Translations under genes and position numbers: made by a program
Shown here: positions 57,825 through 58,937 of the stretch, piece by piece
Layout of the letters: each line of letters starts with the position of its first letter
How positions within the stretch are numbered: position 1 is the stretch's first letter
Notes under the pieces: model-generated
Seen by the model: only the letters and a program-made list of their open reading frames with translations
What the model was told of the DNA's origin: nothing
Database searches by the model: none
NCBI GenBank assembly: GCA_964532845.1
Contig: CAZHLF010000001.1
Location: forward strand, 2,109-61,045
Origin: an uncultured Tissierella sp.
Lineage (GTDB): Bacteria; Bacillota; Clostridia; Tissierellales; Tissierellaceae
Length of the DNA: 58,937 nucleotides
Direction of reading: 5' to 3'

Positions 57825-58211
57825 TTATATGCTAGCTTCAATAGCTTCTATAAGAACTTGCTGTACTTCTGTTGCAACACTTCCAATATCATCATAACCC
57901 ATCATACCAAGTAACATTTCAGGCTTTGCAGTTCCAATAAAGACTTGATTATTTTTCTCATAAACTACCATCTTACATGGAAGAAAATAACCTACTTCAA
58001 GATGAGCAGATAATACTTCATTTGCCTTTTGTGGATTACATACCTCTAAAATCTTAAAGTTATTTTTAAAGTCTATATTATGCTCTGCCATTTTGTCTTT
58101 GAAATTAAGCTCCCATAAAACTCCAAATTTTCTTTCCTTAAGTTCTTTCTTAACACTTTCTAAAGCTTCATCAAAAGACTTATTGGTCTTTTTCTCATAA
58201 ATAATATCCAT
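57825..58211 (-). CDS. DUF302 domain protein
   Basis: FGVL, ILEVCNP, FLPCKMVVYE. Confidence 0.88.
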   Translation of the reverse strand: MDIIYEKKTNKSFDEALESVKKELKERKFGVLWELNFKDKMAEHNIDFKNNFKILEVCNPQKANEVLSAHLEVGYFLPCKMVVYEKNNQVFIGTAKPEMLLGMMGYDDIGSVATEVQQVLIEAIEASI

Positions 58212-58261
58212 TAGTTATACACCCTTTCAAACATTTTTATAAACTCTTTACTAGATTCATT

Positions 58262-58288
58262 ATACCCTATAAGGGTATGTCCTAAACT
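58262..58288 (-). promoter_or_regulatory. CsoR/CstR-like palindrome ATACCCT-ata-AGGGTAT overlapping a sigmaB-like promoter AGTTT-N16-GGGTATA
   Basis: Palindrome 58262-58278; -35 element RC at 58284-58288. Confidence 0.55.
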
Positions 58289-58337
58289 AAAAATCAAAAT
58301 GAACTAATACCTTGACCAGAGTCATAATATGCAATTA

Positions 58338-58354
58338 GTTACAATAGCATTACA
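58338..58354 (-). promoter_or_regulatory. WalR-type direct repeat
   Basis: RC TGTAAT-gctat-TGTAAC. Confidence 0.4.
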
Positions 58355-58469
58355 ATTTGAAAAATTGCATTATTTTACCAGCTTATATGGTAAAATTAAA
58401 TCAAGATTGATGAGTTCACTAATGTAGAGTTATATGCAGCTAATATATTCAAATTTAGGAGGTATTGTT

Positions 58470-58778
58470 ATGATTGGTTTTCTTTTGATTGGTAGTCTTG
58501 TTTTTGGATTAATTTCTTGGATACTTCCGATTATTATTATTAGTAGGTATGAGAAAAGATATAATAAGGATTGGGCTATTTATTCTATTATTAGCATTAG
58601 TGCATGTGCAATTGCAATGTGTTTTCAGATTTTATATAGCAATCATATGGTACAAATTGAAGATTTGTCTGGGCTTATGGACACAATTGGAACGAGTACT
58701 GTACTTTCAGTAATTCTTCTAATAAGTACCTTATTACTAAATGCAATTTCTCTAAATATTTACCGTGTTAGAAAATAG
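58470..58778 (+). CDS. Hypothetical 3-TM membrane protein
   Basis: RBS AGGAGG; GSLVFGLISWILP, SISACA, DLSGLMDT. Confidence 0.75.
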   Translation: MIGFLLIGSLVFGLISWILPIIIISRYEKRYNKDWAIYSIISISACAIAMCFQILYSNHMVQIEDLSGLMDTIGTSTVLSVILLISTLLLNAISLNIYRVRK

Positions 58779-58861
58779 TCAAGAAACATTATTTATAAAA
58801 TAAGCTTTATTGGTAGATTTATGCATTTGAATGCTGATTATGGAAAGGGTGGTGACAGCTT

Positions 58862-58937
58862 ATGAAAAACAAAAATAAAATCACTTCGATATTATACTTT
58901 ATTTCTTCTATCTTATTTATTATTGTGGCACTCATTA
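58862..58937 (+). CDS. Partial ORF running off window, hydrophobic N-terminus
   Basis: RBS-like GGGTGGTG, ATG 58862, MKNKNKITSILLYFISSILFIIVALI. Confidence 0.5.
   Translation, partial: MKNKNKITSILYFISSILFIIVALI

Overview
AT-rich chromosomal window from a low-GC, spore-forming Firmicute (Clostridia/Tissierellia-like; inferred from gene content and the SASP/Tlp genes). It opens with the 3' part of the walRK operon (walK, an extra secreted-protein gene, yycH, yycI, walJ, htrA), followed by surE, tpx, a TIGR00266 gene and rlmH. After these come a string of small accessory genes, a pdhABC-lpd cluster, spore proteins, a ferritin-like cargo plus encapsulin operon, a four-gene Fe-S/flavin amino-acid oxidoreductase, ccdA-tlpA, ychF, ttcA, exoA and a second htrA. 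The rest holds a c-di-AMP-riboswitch-controlled Opu transporter, catalase, an ABC-F, one IS inserted between a padR gene and its promoter, pepF, a CIRCE-controlled hsp20, an HssRS-like two-component system, ftsH and chrA. No rRNA, tRNA, CRISPR array or prophage was seen. The most notable unexplained signals are non-coding. (1) A ~110-nt two-hairpin element occurs three times with compensatory base changes, always directly after a terminator and just before the next RBS. (2) A ~270-nt highly structured element upstream of rlmH has an internally deleted second copy 5 kb away. (3) The IS has a 12-14 bp target duplication inside a probable PadR operator. (4) GGGTA (sigmaB-like) promoters and WalR-type boxes recur across the window. 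(5) Two reading-frame lesions are present: an in-frame TAG, and a G5-run frameshift at the start of pdhA. All calls are by eye, without database searches.
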